From Camelus ferus (lineage: Eukaryota), in the NCBI RefSeq assembly GCF_009834535.1, contig NC_045697.1, positions 59,584,001-59,648,000 on the forward strand: DNA of 64,000 nucleotides, written 5' to 3'. The notes below the pieces were generated by a model. The model was not told where the DNA came from. It did no database searches and worked only from the letters and a program-made list of their open reading frames with translations. The position numbers and the translations under genes were made by a program. Shown piece by piece: positions 27,060 to 42,070 of the stretch (positions are counted from its first letter, which is position 1; every line of letters begins with the position of its first letter).

Positions 27060-29250
27060 TCTCCCCCATCAAATAAAATAGCACTGTAACTAAAAGAAAC
27101 TACACTTTCCTACGCCAAAGAGAGAGCAATCTAGAACTTAAAAACCTAGTTAGACCCCATATTTTTTCCCCTATGATTGTGCACAACTATTATAGCTGGT
27201 CCAGGGGGAAATAAAATTAGGAAATAAACAGAAAATGAAAAATAACTCTTATATAAGGCTTAAGAAAGAAAAAAAGAACGAGAATAAAAATGTTTCAAAG
27301 TATGAAAATCATTCCACCAATCACAAGGCAAGACTGAAGAAAAGTATGTCACAATATTAAAACCTGAATAAAATATCCTAAACAATGATTTTCAGATATA
27401 AAGAGTATCTTGAATTAGGAATTCAAAAACTGAGGACAGAAATACATAAAAACCAGAAGGATGTGAAACAATTAACCACTCAGGAAAAAAAAATATTGAA
27501 CAAAAATACCACAACATGTTAAAAATGAAGACTAAGTTACAAGCCACTGAAGGGGGACTATGCTCACTTTAAAGTGGTATAGAGGAGATGCTTGAAAACC
27601 AACAAAAGAAAACAAAACTTTGTAAAATAAACAGTATAAAATAATAAAGTCAGTCTTCACATCAAAAGGGATTAAAAAGAAAGCTAAGGAATTAAACTAT
27701 ATAAAAAAGGAATACATATACACATGCAATAAATATAACAAAATAAAATAGCTGAGTTAGAACAAAATACATAAATCATATAATTAAATGTAAATAGATT
27801 TAACTCACTTATTCAAAGGATTTTTAAACTGACACAAAAACAAAATTCAGCTATGTGCAAGAGACAGCTAAAACAAAAGGACTCATGAAGCCTAGAAATA
27901 TAATTGCAATGATATATGGGAAGAATGTTTAAACATCAAGAAAAATAGAGGTTATATTCTAGATATCAGACAAGGGAATTCTGGCTAAAAAATGATTAAA
28001 TATATCAAATAAGATAATTTGAGATTCTGAAAACTCCGATTCACAACGAAGTATTAGAATGTTGAATATCTCTCCCCAAAATAACATGGTGGTAATCTTC
28101 ATAAACAGAAACTAAAGGAGATTCAGGAAGAAGTATACAGAAACACACTAATAGCAAACCAAGCCACTCACAGTTAAAAAGAGGTCATGTGAACCAAACA
28201 ATAAGGATATAAAATCATTAACAGCATAATCCTTAAAGCAGATTTTAAGGTAATGTCTCCAATATTATACCCTCTAAGAGAGAATATATCTTCCATTCAA
28301 GCATACATGAAACATTAATAAAAAATTGCCTATAAATTACATTTTAAAACATTATTAAGTTCCATATTACAGAAAAGTTACAAACGCTCTGATTAAAAGG
28401 TAATAAGTCTGGAAATACATAAAATAGGAATTCAAAAAGGATTTTGCACCTGGAAATTTGAAAGCTTTCTATTAAAAAACTTCTGGATGAAAGAAGAAGT
28501 TGAAACCAAAATTGTAGAAGTTGTGAACTATAATAACATAAAAATTTCATACCAACAGTATGCATTTAAAGCAGTGGACAGAAGAAAAAATAATGCTTTA
28601 AATATTCTATCAATGAAAATGAAAGAATGAAGGTATGAACTAATTACTGACTCAATAAAATGGAAAAGGCACAAAGTAAATCAAAAGGAAGGGCAAGATA
28701 GGAAAATTTAAGATTAAAAATGAAGTAAGTCAGAAAAAATAAAAATGATAGTTAATCAAAGTGTTTATTTAAAATTTAATAATATAAACAAAGGGAATTA
28801 GGAAAACAAATATTCAAATTTATAAAGGAAAACTAAACATAAAAGGAAATTGAGAAATTTTGATACTTTGCATCAATTAAAAAAATGAAAATCTAGATGA
28901 AATGGATACTTCATTTCATGAAAATACATGAATCAAATTTAATGACAGTTAAATGAAAAAAATTAAACAAAAATTCCATGGGGGAAATAAAGAAAATTAT
29001 TTAAAATATACCCCATAAAAATGTATCAAGTTCGGATCATTTATTGAGTATCATTAGCAACACTTAAAAGATCAGCATATTGCATTGTTACATCAATTGT
29101 TCTAGTATACATAAAACTGATACTTAAACCTGAAGAATGGAGTCCCCCAGAGGAAAACTACACACCAGTCTTAGGAATACTGATGCAAAAATCCTAAATA
29201 AAACATTAGCAAATAGAATCTATGACAACATTCAGACAATAATACACTGT
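27060..29250 (+). mobile_element. Ancient L1 ORF1/ORF2 remnant
   Basis: aatgtaaatagatttaactcacttattcaaagg (NVNGLN-like) at ~27787; gatgcaaaaatcctaaataaaacattagcaaatagaatc at ~29182. Confidence 0.7.
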
Positions 29251-29553
29251 GATTGAAACTATCAATTATACTTGATAGTTATATCAAGTTATACTTGTTT
29301 TTCTCAGGGTTGTTCATTGTTATTCAGAGACTAAAATTCTTCTCTGCAGTCATTGTTTATACAAAGGATTCAGATAAATGACTCAAAGACAGAAACATAA
29401 TGAAGTCATGCTGAATGACATTTGAACCATAAAACTAGAGCTCTGCAAATGAAACCTTTCTTCAAGAAGAACCAACAACAGTAGTGAAGATCCTGACCAC
29501 CCTCAATAATCTCTGCTGCAACTCTGACAATGAACAGAATGAAGGTGATAATG

Positions 29554-30676
29554 AGAGAACATAGGCAAAGTATTCTCTGACATAGCAGTGTTTCCCTAGG
29601 GCAGTCCACCCAGGCAATAGAAATAAAAGCAAAAATAAACAAATGGAACCTAAATAAACTTAAAACCTTTTTCACAGCAAAGGAAAACATAAACAAAACA
29701 AAAAGATAACCTACAGACTGAGAGAAAATATTTGCAAATGATGTGACCGAAAATGACTTAATTCTAGAATATACCAACTATTTATACAATTCAATAACAA
29801 CAACAACAAAAAAACCCAAACAACCCATTAAAAAAATGGGCGGAAGACTTAGTTCTTCAGTGAAGACATACAGATGCCCAACTGGCACATGAGAAGATGC
29901 TCAATATTGCTAATTATTAAAGAAATGCAAATCAAAACAATGAGGTATCACCTCTCACCAGTCAGAATGGCCATCATTAAAAAGTTCACAAATGATAAAT
30001 GCTGGAGAGGGTGTGGAGAAAAAGGGAACCCTCAGATACTGTTGTTGGGAATTTAAATTGGTGCAGCCACTATGGAAAGCAACATGGAGAATCCTTAAGA
30101 AACTAAAAACAGTTACCGTATGACCTAGTAATCCTGCTCCTGGGCATATATCTGAAGAAAACTCCAATTCAAAAAGAAACACACACCCTAATGTTCGTAG
30201 CAGCAGTATTGACAGTAGCCAGGACATAGAATCAACCTAAATGTCCATCAACAGAATGACTAGATAAAGAAGATGTGGTATGTATGTACAATGGGATACT
30301 ACTTGGCCAAAAAAAAAAGATGAAATAATGCCATTTGCAGCAACATGGATGGACCTAGACATTATCACACTAAGTGAAGTCAGTCAAAGACAAATATGTG
30401 ATATCACTTATATGTGGAATCTAAAAGAATGACACAAATGAACTTTTTACCACACAGAAAGAGACTCACAGACATAGAAAACAAATATACAGTTACCAAA
30501 GGGGCAGGAGGGGACAAATTGGGAGTTTGGGCTTAGCAAGTACAAACTACTATTTACTACAAACAAGTACAGAATAGATAAACAACAACGTCCTACTGTA
30601 TAGCTTAGAGAACTATATTCAATAACTTAATTCATAATGAAAAAGAATATAAAAAGAACATATATATGTGTGTGTA

Positions 30677-30737
<61 letters not shown>

Positions 30738-30814
30738 CTGAATCACTATGCTGTACACCAGAAAATAACACAACATTGTAAGTCAACTATACTTCCAAAA
30801 AAAAAAAAAAAAAA
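29554..30814 (+). mobile_element. Young 5'-truncated LINE-1 3' part with A18 tail
   Basis: [10 protein letters not shown] remnant (29874-30056). 3' UTR homologous to 14160-14500 and 62460-62790. A-run 30797-30814. No TSD found. Confidence 0.93.
30661..30735. repeat. Compound (TA)/(TG)/(TA) microsatellite inside the L1 3' UTR
   Basis: Direct reading. Confidence 0.95.
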
Positions 30815-31815
30815 GAGAAAGGAAAGGAAGAATTCCCCAATACCTTGTAAAAGATCTGCCTCAGAACCCAGTCAGACCTATACAGGGATTCTGAGGAGTG
30901 TTTGTTCTGGAATTGCATTACCTGCTGGGAAAAGATTGGGTTGATTTCTTCCTTAGAAGGATATCTGTGTTGGTTCAAAGGCAGGAGAGGATTAAAATTA
31001 CCTACAGGATTTTGTTGACTGAGGTTGAGTTCACCACAGAATTGCTGACTTTGAAAATATGAGGCAGCTATGAGTTGGTTTGTTTTCAGAAAAACATTCA
31101 CTGTAGCGATCTGTCACTGATCAATTGTACATGAAAATCACTTACAGGATTACTTGTCATGGTTAAATAACTGCCATTAATTAAAAGTTTTCAATCTCTT
31201 TTGGTATCCACTTATAATCATTGGTATAGATGATCTCTTATTAGAACTATGGAAATTCATTATTTTCATCATCTTGACCTTGTTGTAGACAGGAGATGCC
31301 CCCTCTCTAGCCAAGTGGAATTAGTTTAATACATTGTGTTTTCTGCTTAAATGACTTACTTTCTCATCCTCCACTTGGTCCTGTTGATAAGCATAGATTT
31401 CCTCACCAAGACCTCTGGTTCCCACGATGCTTTAGGGATTTATCACTGCAGTATTTTAGCATGACAGAGTTTATCCCTTAAGCACAATGTGGGTTATATT
31501 ATGTAAACTTACTGAGCTCAAGTGCTATTCCAATTTTATCCTAAATACAACGTAGAATACAAAATATTTTGCCTGTCATGTACACCTTCCCAGTTTTCTA
31601 TTCATACACTGTTTCTCCTTTCAACCTTTAACATCTACTCGTAAGGTAGTATGCTTCATTTGTGTTTCACTATTTAATAAGTGAAGTTTTGTTAATAAAT
31701 ATGTTATTTCTTTTGGGAAGAACTGGAAATAATGTATTACTTTTCAGTCAATTATATTAACTTATTTAGGATATATTAAGTATTTTCACCATTGTACAGC
31801 CTAATGATAAAATAC

Positions 31816-32274
31816 TGTGGCAGAGATTGATAATTACCTACCCAGAATCTTCTCTCTCTTCATTCAAGTCAGAATCTCAATTTGAGTGCAAGTACCCACT
31901 AAAATCCATGTGACTCTCTTGTTGTTAATGAGATGTAATTCACTAGATGGGGCTTTGGGAAAACCCTTATAAAAGTGGGCTGTCTGCTGTCTCATGAGCA
32001 TTTGTTATTTCCTTCTCCTTTCCTTTTTACTTTTTCTAGAATGCTGGAAGTGGAGAATCACCTTCTGACGTGCATACTCTGAAGACGCTGAATAAAAGTA
32101 GTAGAAAGTACCTATGACACAGAAGACATAACACCACTTAGCCAGCTCTGCACTGCTATCCTCTGAATTTATCATTAAATGATGGGGGGAAAAACCTATC
32201 CATTTGTTTAAATGAAGTTGTATATGTGTGTGTGTATCTATTATTTGCAGCTAAATGCATCCCTAACTGCTACA
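31816..32274 (+). mobile_element. MaLR LTR (MLT1J-like)
   Basis: tgtggcagaga...aatgagatgtaa...tttgcagctaaatgcatccctaactgctaca; TG...CA termini. Confidence 0.7.
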
Positions 32275-33639
32275 AATATCTTTGATTAAATACTATTACT
32301 GTACTCAGTAATACTATCTTATAGTCAGTAGGCACAAAATAATAATGTATGATTTTACAGTGACTTCATGTCACATACTTTGGGCATTAGGAAACATAAC
32401 CAGAGAAGTATTATACTAGAAAAAAAATAGAAAATAGGTATTTATAGGCTATACCCTTATTTTTATATGTTGTATGGGACTTTATTTTCTAAGAGTTTGA
32501 GTATCTGATTTTGTGTTTTAAGTGGGCAGGATGGTGTCACTGGTCAGTACAGTCAAACAAAAGAATAAAATGTGATTTATACTGGTTGTTTGGAATATAT
32601 GGACTAAAAAGTCAACTAAACTTTTGACATTTTAAAACTGTTTGGCATCATATAGACATAGTAGATACAGAATACTATAGAAAATAATAATGATACACTT
32701 TTTAATGACTCTCTATGGAGAGGACATTGGGATCTGTAGTCATGAAAAATTCAATCACCTTTTGAAACTGCACTATGACAAGAGCTATAGCTTTGCCTTT
32801 ATTATCCTTCTACCAAGAGCAAATTTTACTCTTACTAAGTGCCTCTGCCTAACCAACCTTAAAATAATTTAATTTTGATCATTAATTCCTTATTAAAATA
32901 CTAAATATAACAAAAGGGGGACAGATTTTATTGAATATTAAGGAAACTTTTGATTAATTCTGAGCTAAAAGCTTGCAGCCTTGTTTTCCTTGGCATAAGA
33001 ATGTTCTTTTCAATTATGAAAAAGTGCTTACATTGGAGCATTTATTTAGGAAAGAGTGAGGCAAAATCTTTGCTTTTTAATCACTGCATTCAAATTTTCA
33101 GGCCTCCTCCTGCTTCTTCTCCAGGAATTCTCCAAGTTAAGTTTATTTAAACATGTAAATGATTATTATTAAATATATAAACAAGCACTTAAGAAAATAT
33201 ATTTCAAAGTGCATGAATTGTCCCTGGGTCTAACAGCCTGCCACACTTAGGTTCGTTTAGAGGGAATTATATTAAAAATGAGCATTTACAATGACACAGG
33301 CACACTTCTTCCAAAGATGAGAATCATCCCACCACAGGTGTAATTGCACTCGGGCCCTGTGGCTTTCAGAGCAAAGTATGTCAGCAGAACAGAATCCTAG
33401 TTTTGCAAAAGTAGCTTTTGGCACTTGAGAAAGATTCATACACTTTCTAGGTTTAGTTTCCAAAAATATAAAAGAGGATGTTGACATATACAGTGTTTAA
33501 AGTTTCAACCAGTATCTGGAAGGCAGTGAAATTTATGGGAGGATAATAGGAAGTATAGTTCAGTTCTTAATACAGTTTCCTTCCAGGCCATGTTTGAGCT
33601 TCATCAGTTATCTCACTTTTCTGTGCTATAGCACAGCCA

Positions 33640-33885
33640 GTAGGGAGGGCATAAAGAATGTTGACTTTGGAATCAGAAGATCATAAAAGAACTGAACTGA
33701 GTAACAGTTTTACTGCTTACTGCCTGTGCGACCTTTCACAAAGCAATTAACCTTCAGACACTCAGTTTTATCATCTGCTAAATGGAGATTGCTATTCCTC
33801 CAGATATAAACAATAACTGAAATAATTTTCCAAGGCACCTAATAAAGTGGCTGGCACACTGTATAAAGTCGAATAAATATTAGGC
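33640..33885 (+). mobile_element. MIR SINE
   Basis: gactttggaatcaga...tgtgcgacct...ctcagttttatcatctgctaaatggag...gtggctggcacac. Confidence 0.75.
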
Positions 33886-35280
33886 TAATTACAAGTGTAC
33901 TTTAAAAACATACAGATAAACTCTGACATGGAATACATTGGCTTATTATGACTCATTGATAAGTAGCTGAAATGACTTTATCAGGTTTCAGGACAGCAGG
34001 AATTATGTTTGTTCATATTATGACCCCAGCATCTTGAATTATGTTTGTCTCTGAAAATGCTCCCTTCCTAAACTTGAATTATATTAACAAAATAACTATA
34101 CTCTGAAAAAATACATGGGACAGTTTGTATATTTTGATAAAGGGAAGTCTTAGGAAAAGTATATATGATTTAGGGCTGCACAGCAGAGATTTTCTAAGGG
34201 ATAAGTCTATGCTGGGACATTCTGAGAAGACTTGAGTTAGCATGAATTGAAGAGGCACATCTCAAATGAAAAGAAAATGAATCAAGCTGACTACAGTGCA
34301 CTGAAATAAAAGTTTCCTGTTTTATTTCTGGTTAGCCAAATGCTTTGGGGATTTTTATTAGAGGATGGAGAGGTTGTTATTACGGCCTCTTGTGATTTAA
34401 ATTTCATATTCATTATATGAATATAAAACTATAATCAAGGCAAAGTTTTAAATTTTTTTTCTGAAAAATTGGGTGAAATCAAATACTATTTAAATTTGCT
34501 AATTGTTTTCCTATACAACAGATATTAACTCACTTTTTGTTTGCTGTGATGTATTTATACTACGATATCCACGAATTATCTATGAGGAAGAGTTTTTAGC
34601 TTTCTGTGGTCATTGTTATCAAATCTACTTCTTAGCTTGGATGATTTTTACTTTAATACAATTGACATATTAATTTTTTAAACTATCTGTGACATGCAAA
34701 CAAAATATAGACTTTTGTGGAAAGGTTTTTCTTGCTTATTGGTCTCCGAACCTCAATAGAGTAATAGAACCAGTGTTTCTCAAGCTAACTTCTATGGTTT
34801 GGTAACCATGACAAGCTGTATTAAACCAGCTTTTCCTGCTGTCCCAGCATCTGATAAAGCCATTTGAACCACTTACCAGTGATTCATAATAAACCAATGC
34901 ATTCCACATCAAAGCTTATCTATATGTTTTAATATCTAGTTAAGCACAGATGAATGCCAGTCTAGTGTCTTGTTTTTTTCTTTTCAGTTATAGTTACTGT
35001 TTCCATTTTTGTATCTGAAATAGTCAGTTATCTATTCTGATTTACTTTTAGAGTTTTTGAAGACTCATGGTCTTATAAAGGTCCAAAATAGAATTTTAAA
35101 GTTACTTGTGTATTACAGCTGAAGTTAAATCAAATATTGTCACTGAGGGACTTTGTGCTTTATTTTTATGCAGCTCTATGATTTTTATATAGATATAAGA
35201 TTCTAAGAAACTTATTTTTGGTAAAGTATTGTGTATCTGGACAATGACCATTAAACTATTTATGTTCTCAATTAGATGTC

Positions 35281-35832
35281 TGTGAGAGACTGGGATACAA
35301 ATGAACAGTGGTTAGATCATATATAAAAATAGGACTCTGACCCACAACCAGCTGAGGAAACCAACCCATCATCTACAACAACCAGTCCAGGAGGCCATTT
35401 TTCTTTTATCTTTAAATCAAACGTACAGCAAGTCAGACCACTCTTTCTAAAAAGTAGTCTATATGGCCAAACAATAACCCCCGTAACAGTTGGCTCAAAA
35501 TGGCCAGGACTTGATTAGTAGTTGACTGTATTCCTAGTATTTGTCCTGTTTCCATCTTAATACCAACCAGAGAGAGCTAAATACGGGCCCCCTATTCAAA
35601 CACATGGGATGGGCTCTTCTAGTAAGCCTGCCTACAGCTTCTCCATGCCAACAGCCTCCAGACAGGGAACACCTGAAGCCTTCTCTCTTTTCCACCATAA
35701 AGCTTCCCCACTTCTCTGCCTGCTTTTGAGATTCTGTCTAAATGCAAGTGAGAGTGGCTGACTCACTTGCTAGAGTAAGATCTGAATAAATAGCCTTTGC
35801 CTGTACTAATTTAGTTGTTTTTTATTTTTACA
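35281..35832 (+). mobile_element. ERV1-class solo LTR (MER90-like)
   Basis: TG...CA termini; aaaaataggactctgacccacaacc, caggacttgattag, gcctgcctacagcttc; AATAAA near the 3' end (~35785). Subfamily name from memory. Confidence 0.7.
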
Positions 35833-37239
35833 TTCATCTAGGCTATGTAAAATGAGTTTAATACCTTTGATGCAAACTTTTCTATATATCAGACTTTGTG
35901 CCAAGCACAGACTTATAACAACAAACTACATAAAGTTCACATCTTCACTCAATGTAAAATTGACAACAGAAGTAAGCAGATAAATAGAAAATATTAATAT
36001 CACGGATTTGACTTTGAAGATAAAGCCAGGCATAGGTTGTTAATGGAATGCAGAGTAATCCACAAAGAGGAAAAATTGTGTAGATAAAAGGCAATAGTAC
36101 ATATATAGTTTGCTTTTGATACAAACATTTAGCAAATTATTTAGTAAGTGTAATAACATGTTTTACTTTCAATTAGTTATTTACAAAAGAATATCTTTTC
36201 ATGATTATGGCTTTAAAATATTTGTAATATACATTTCTCAATATGCCTTCAGATTTGCATTTATGTTGAAATAGCATATATGTTTCCTTTTGCACTGATG
36301 AGATTAAACACTCCCTTGAGCATTATTTAATAGATGTTTCTGCTTAGATTCTCATATGTTTTTGACATAATTTATGGACCAAAAGGAAGATTTTGACTAA
36401 CTTGGATTTGGCAATTAGTATTTTCCAACTATCTCATATTTAAATAAGACCATTTAATTTTAGTTTTTAATATATACTCTGGCAAAATTCTGGGCATGGT
36501 GTTAGATAAAAATTCTTTCTCCTTTTGGGACTAAGATGGGGTATTGGCTACCCAGTGTATTTCTAGATTGCTCAGTTCTTTTTGAAATCCTAACACTAGT
36601 CACATGTTAAAATATTGCCCCTGAAAATACATTCTTTATAACAATTTAAACTATATCTAAATCTTGAACTTATAATTGTGCCAAATTCATAGACTTATTT
36701 TTGATTCATAATAAACTGTAGAAAAGCCTAATGTGTGGTCTTCATCAGTGATTACTCCAATTATGTTTTTTTTTCCATTCTGTTTTTAGTATCTGGACAA
36801 ACAAGTTATAGCCTCAACTGGGTGATATGACAATTCTAGTGATTTGAAATGTTTCTCTCTTATTTATCTCTTATGATGTACTCTATTGCCCACACTTGGT
36901 TACTGGTTACTAAAATTTGGGAATGTGCAGTGTGTCTTGGAAACAAAGTGGAGTTGAGAGAGTTAAGGTGGGTTTAAAAAGGCATAGCTGGATCATGAAT
37001 TTTAAGTAGGATTTTATAAGAGAGAAAACAAGGGAAGAAAATTCATTTTCCAGAAATACAATTTCTAAATATCCACTGACTATTTAGTTATGAAACACAT
37101 ACTAATATTAGAATACATGTATTTTAATTAATTAGTGGTGAAACCTACAAAAAGAGGAATCACTTAGAAGAACTAATCATAGACATCAATCCAAGTAGAT
37201 AACATGGTGATGAACCCCAGTACTTTTGGAGTGCATCTT

Positions 37240-40200
37240 TAGAACCAAGTAGCATAACAGTTTCCAAAGACTAAGTATTTTGGAGATGGTTGTGTTTTAA
37301 CTATCTTTACCTCAGGATGAGAAGAAGCTAGATAAAAGCATCTCCTCACACATATAAAGTCAAAATTCTGAAAATGCCAGTCTGAGAAAAAAAAGTGAGT
37401 CAGAAGAAAACTTACTCAGTAGAGGCAGATAGGCTGGGTACTTCTCTGTCTTTTATTAAGCTTTGGATGGAGGTGAAAGGTGAAATTTGAAAAGGCAAAA
37501 ATAACAACAGTAACAACAACAAAACTATTGCAGAATTTTTAAAAAAGGCACTAGCTTATTCTCACTTGGGTTTGGAATTAAAATGCTCATTATTTGCGTT
37601 TCCTCCTCACACTCCTGCTGGAAAACAACAGCCACAACAACGTGGGAGGACTGTTTTAAACTATAGTGGACCTTTGTTCGGAAAACCTTCAGGATCCTGG
37701 GAAAACAAACGCTAGAAAAGATGAGCTCAGCCCAGGTCTGCTGGTACCTCTCTGAGGAAAAACCAATGAAAATTGACTTTAACTGTTTAACTAAAGTTAA
37801 CAACACTCATATAACACAAAAATGGCAAGGCACCTTTAGCTAGAGTCAGAAAAATCAGCAAATTATTAGGAAAAAATATTAACAAAAGGACCAGACTCAC
37901 AGAAACTTCAGCTAAAGGTGTTCTATATTACACAATTAAAAAAATCTATTCTATGTTTAAAGAAAAAAAGTTTGATTTTAAACAATGAAAAAGTAGCAAT
38001 AACATATAATCTAAAATGTTTGAAAAGGACATGCAGAGCTTCTAGATACATAATATCTTAAATTAAAAATGCAATACCAGAGTTAAATGGTAAATGAGAA
38101 ATGGCACAGAGAATTAAACTGAAAGGTAAACCAGAAGAAAATATATATGAAATGGAGTAATTATCTGCAAAGAGATGGAAAACATGACAGAGAGACTAAA
38201 AATCATGGGGGTGGAATTTCTGGTTGCCCTCCTGCAGAAAACAATTATAATTTAGACAAAATACATAATGTAGTTGTTTTCATACATTGAAACAATAGGA
38301 AGCATAGGACTGAGATCCTTGAAAGAGGGGGAACAGGTAAAGCAAGATCCACATTTACTTCATCATTCCACCTAAAGGCAAATTTTAAAATACAGCATGA
38401 GAGGTGGGACACAGTGGACAGTAATAGTTAAAAAGGTAGAGGAGAAGGAACAGATATAGGAGGTAGTAAGGTTCTTGAAACTGGGGGGACAAGGGATCAT
38501 AGAAGAAGCTACAGGAAATAGGCTTCAGAAATCTGCATAGCAATTTCACAAGGTAGGGGCTCAATATTAATTTGTCCTTGTGTAGGACAAGACTCTGTTT
38601 GCCCTGGAAGAGAGCAGGTGCTGTGGACATGGTGGCTGAAAAGAGATTCTGGAGATGATTTCACTGTGCAAGAGAGATAGATACTGGAGTTCTTGTCCAG
38701 CAATAGCCTAGAAACATTAGTGAACAACATCAGAATTTGGCTAAGACACCAGGAAGGTTATATTTTAGGAGTAGGGTACCATGCCCCAGGAGTAAAGAAA
38801 ACATTCTAGAACAAAAGGCAAAACAGAAAAAAATTTCACAATAATGAATACCAAGCTAAGCCTTAGTAAGATCCAAGTGATCTTACAGAAATGTAATGGG
38901 CTGCCAGAACAAAAGTCAACATTCTTTAGAAGGAGTTAACAAAATCCAGAGTCACTACGTTATCTCATCTAAAGTATCCAGTATAAAATAAAACAGAACA
39001 AATTATGAGATGTGTGAAGAAACACAATATAATACCTAATAAAAAGAAAAAAATAGAAACAGACCAACAAATGACCCAACTTTTGGAATTTGCAAATACA
39101 TTAAAACAATATATTAAAGGATTTTATGGAAATGTGGATAGAATTAGAAAAGAGAGAAATTTGGAGAAATGGATTCTCAAAAAGAAAAACATATAATTGC
39201 ACAAGTGGAAAATTTTATATCTGAGATAAAAAAAATTATTGGAAGCATACAATAGCACATTTGACAAAGAAAAAGAATCATAAAATCAAAGAAATGCGGG
39301 AGTAGAATAAGGTTAAAAAATTTTCTAAATTGAAGTCTAAAGGTGATAATAGAGATAATAGGAGAGAAGTGACAACCAAAGAAATAATGTCAGATATTTT
39401 TACAAAATTATTGATACACACAAATATTCACACTGAAAATTTTATAGACACATTGGTAAAACTTATTTTAAAAACTTAAAAAATAATCAGAAACAAAAGA
39501 GAAAAGTTATTGTGGGTGAAAGTTGAATTCTCAAGGTCACAAAAGGAATTCAGATAGTGGGGTAATCAAAATACTGTAGAAAAATCTCAATAAAATTAAC
39601 TTTTGTATCAACTAAAGCTATTTTTAAAAAATGAGGATGAAATAAAACGAATACTTTATAACCAAGAGGACTTTGCTATGTGAAATCCTTAAAAATTTAC
39701 TCTGATAAGAAACTCATTTCAGAAGGAAGATTGAGGAAAAAGAAGAAACAGTGAGTAAATACAATGGTAAATATGAGGGTATATCTAAAGAAGTATTTGG
39801 TACATTAAAAATCACTTAATGTATAGTTTTTGTGACCTGGGAATTATAGCATACAAATGGAATGAGGGACATGTGGTTGGCATTATTGTAGCTTATGATC
39901 CTTATATTTATTGAGCAGAGAGAAAAATTATTGATTTAAAAAAGCACTGTAAGGCTAACATCACAGGTTAACATTTCAATGGTAACTACCTAAGGTATGG
40001 AAAGAAAATATGTATCTTCCAACTAGTAAAAATGAGAACTAATGATCAGAGTGTAAGAAGGTAAGTCAATTTGAAAGTATTCAATAATTGAGAAGACACC
40101 TAGAGAAATAGGGTATCAGATAGAAATCAGAAAACAAGATGATAAATAGTTATAAAGTAAACATAAATCTAAGTGGATTTAGCTCTCAATTTAAAAGGCA

Positions 40201-41600
40201 TAGATTAACAGACTAGTGAACACACACACACACACAATCTCCAAAAATGTTATTATCAAGAGACATTCTGAAACCAAAAAGTAGAGAAAGGTTTAAAATA
40301 AAATCATGAAAAATGCACTAGAAAGTGTTAATTATTAATCATGCTTTAGTATCTATTTTGTTTCATATATATATTGCCATCTAGATTCTAAGGCAACAGG
40401 TGATAATAGAAAGACTGTATTCATATCATGGCAAAAGTTTTAATTCATTGGAAAGATACAGCTATTACATATTTCAGAAACCTAATAAGGAAGCTTCAAA
40501 ATAGATAAAATAAATAACAGAAAATTACAACAAGAAAGTGATAAATCCATTATCATACTGGCATACTTTTATACACATCTCAGTAATTTATCAAGCAGCA
40601 ACATATTTATTAAAGATATAGAAGATGTAAAAAAATTACAGTATGTGATCTAACTGACATATAGAACATTCTGCCAACTATTAGAGAATATAGATTTTAA
40701 GTATGTATAAGTTAGTTATGGAATTGAGTATAAATCATGTATTAAAATGTGAGCCAACAAATCCCAAGGAACAGACTCTATACAGACCAAGGCTTTTTTT
40801 TTTGGTTTTTTTTGCCAAAATGCAGTTGTCATAAATCAAAAACCACAAAATGATTAACAAATAAATCTTCATAAAGCTAGATATCATATACTTTGCTAAA
40901 TAAAATCTGAGTCCTGATGGTGTCAAAATGGAAATTACATTGCTATAATGAAAATACTACCTATCAACCTTGTGAAATGCTGGTAAAGCAGTAGTTAGAG
41001 GGAAATTTACAGTCTAAGACGCATATATTCAGTAAGAAGGAAGATTAAACAACTAAGCATATGCCTTAAGCAATTAGAAAATGAACATCAGTGTACCACA
41101 CAGTAATTAGGAAGAAACCATAAAAAAAGGAAATTAATAAAATAGGAAAACAAGATAAAATAGGATTTGAAAACTCACAAGAGGTGATTCTTTGAAAAGA
41201 CTAATAAAATTGATATATCTTTAAGTTGAATCAAGAAAAACAATTAGCATAAGTAAAATATTAGAACATAAAAGGAACAGAACTTCCATAACAGTAGTCT
41301 TTAAAATATAATTTAAAATACATACTTTCCTAGAAAAATGTAAATTATCAAAACTGACTAAAAATATTCCCAATTCCTATAATTATTAAAAATTAAATCA
41401 GTAATTTAAATTTTTCCCACAAAGAAAACACAAGGGTGAGCTAGTTTAGAATACGTGTTGTACTCTACCAGACAGTTAAGAAATAGTTTTAATCTTTAAC
41501 AAACTCATCAAGAGTAGAAAAGTACAGGGAGTAGAGAATGAGGGAAATAAAATTCTTTAATGCTAGTATAAATTTATTTCCAGAACCAGATGTAAAAATT
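37240..41600 (+). mobile_element. Mosaic of ancient L1 (L1MC/MD/ME-like) 5' UTR, ORF1 and ORF2 remnants
   Basis: KKIETDQQMTQLLEFAN ORF1-like (39005-39196); aagcagtagttagagggaaatttacagtc (~40987); gattctttgaaaagactaataaaattgat (~41187). Internal boundaries unclear. Confidence 0.65.
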
Positions 41601-42070
41601 CCCCCAAATCTTTGTTATTGGAATAATAAACATTTATTATTTATTTCTGTGGCTCAGGAATCTCAGCTGCTTATCTGTAAGGTTCGGGCTCAGGATCTCT
41701 CTCTAGGCTATAATCAAGGTGTCTGAAAGGGGCTACAATCACTTCAGGACTTACCTGGAGGACTATCCATTTCCAAGTTCATTCACGTGGCTCTTGGCAG
41801 GTGGTGAGTACTCACTGGTCGTTGGAGGAAGACATGATTCCTTGCTGCACGGTTCTCTGCACAGGGCTGCTCACCACAAAGTATCTGAGAGAGAAGTGTG
41901 CATGAGAGTAACCAAGATGGAAGTCACAGTATTTCTAGAACCTGATATTGAAAGCGGCATCCCATCCCTTCTGCAATACTCTCCACATCACAGAGAAGGA
42001 TTACACAAATGTGTGAATACCAGGAGGCAGGGATCCAAGGAAGACTGTTTTAAAGGCTGCCCACCATACA
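41601..42070 (-). mobile_element. MaLR LTR (MLT1F-like) nested in the ancient L1
   Basis: ttctgtggctcaggaatc...accaagatggaagtcacagt...gtgtgaataccaggaggcagggatc...ggctgcccaccata. Confidence 0.75.

Noticed and set aside
29300..29553. Possible hAT transposase N-terminus (GAT AAA TGA CTC AAA, DK*LK) or pseudogene piece
   Set aside because: Only a five-codon resemblance, with no terminal inverted repeats or extended similarity that I can support.
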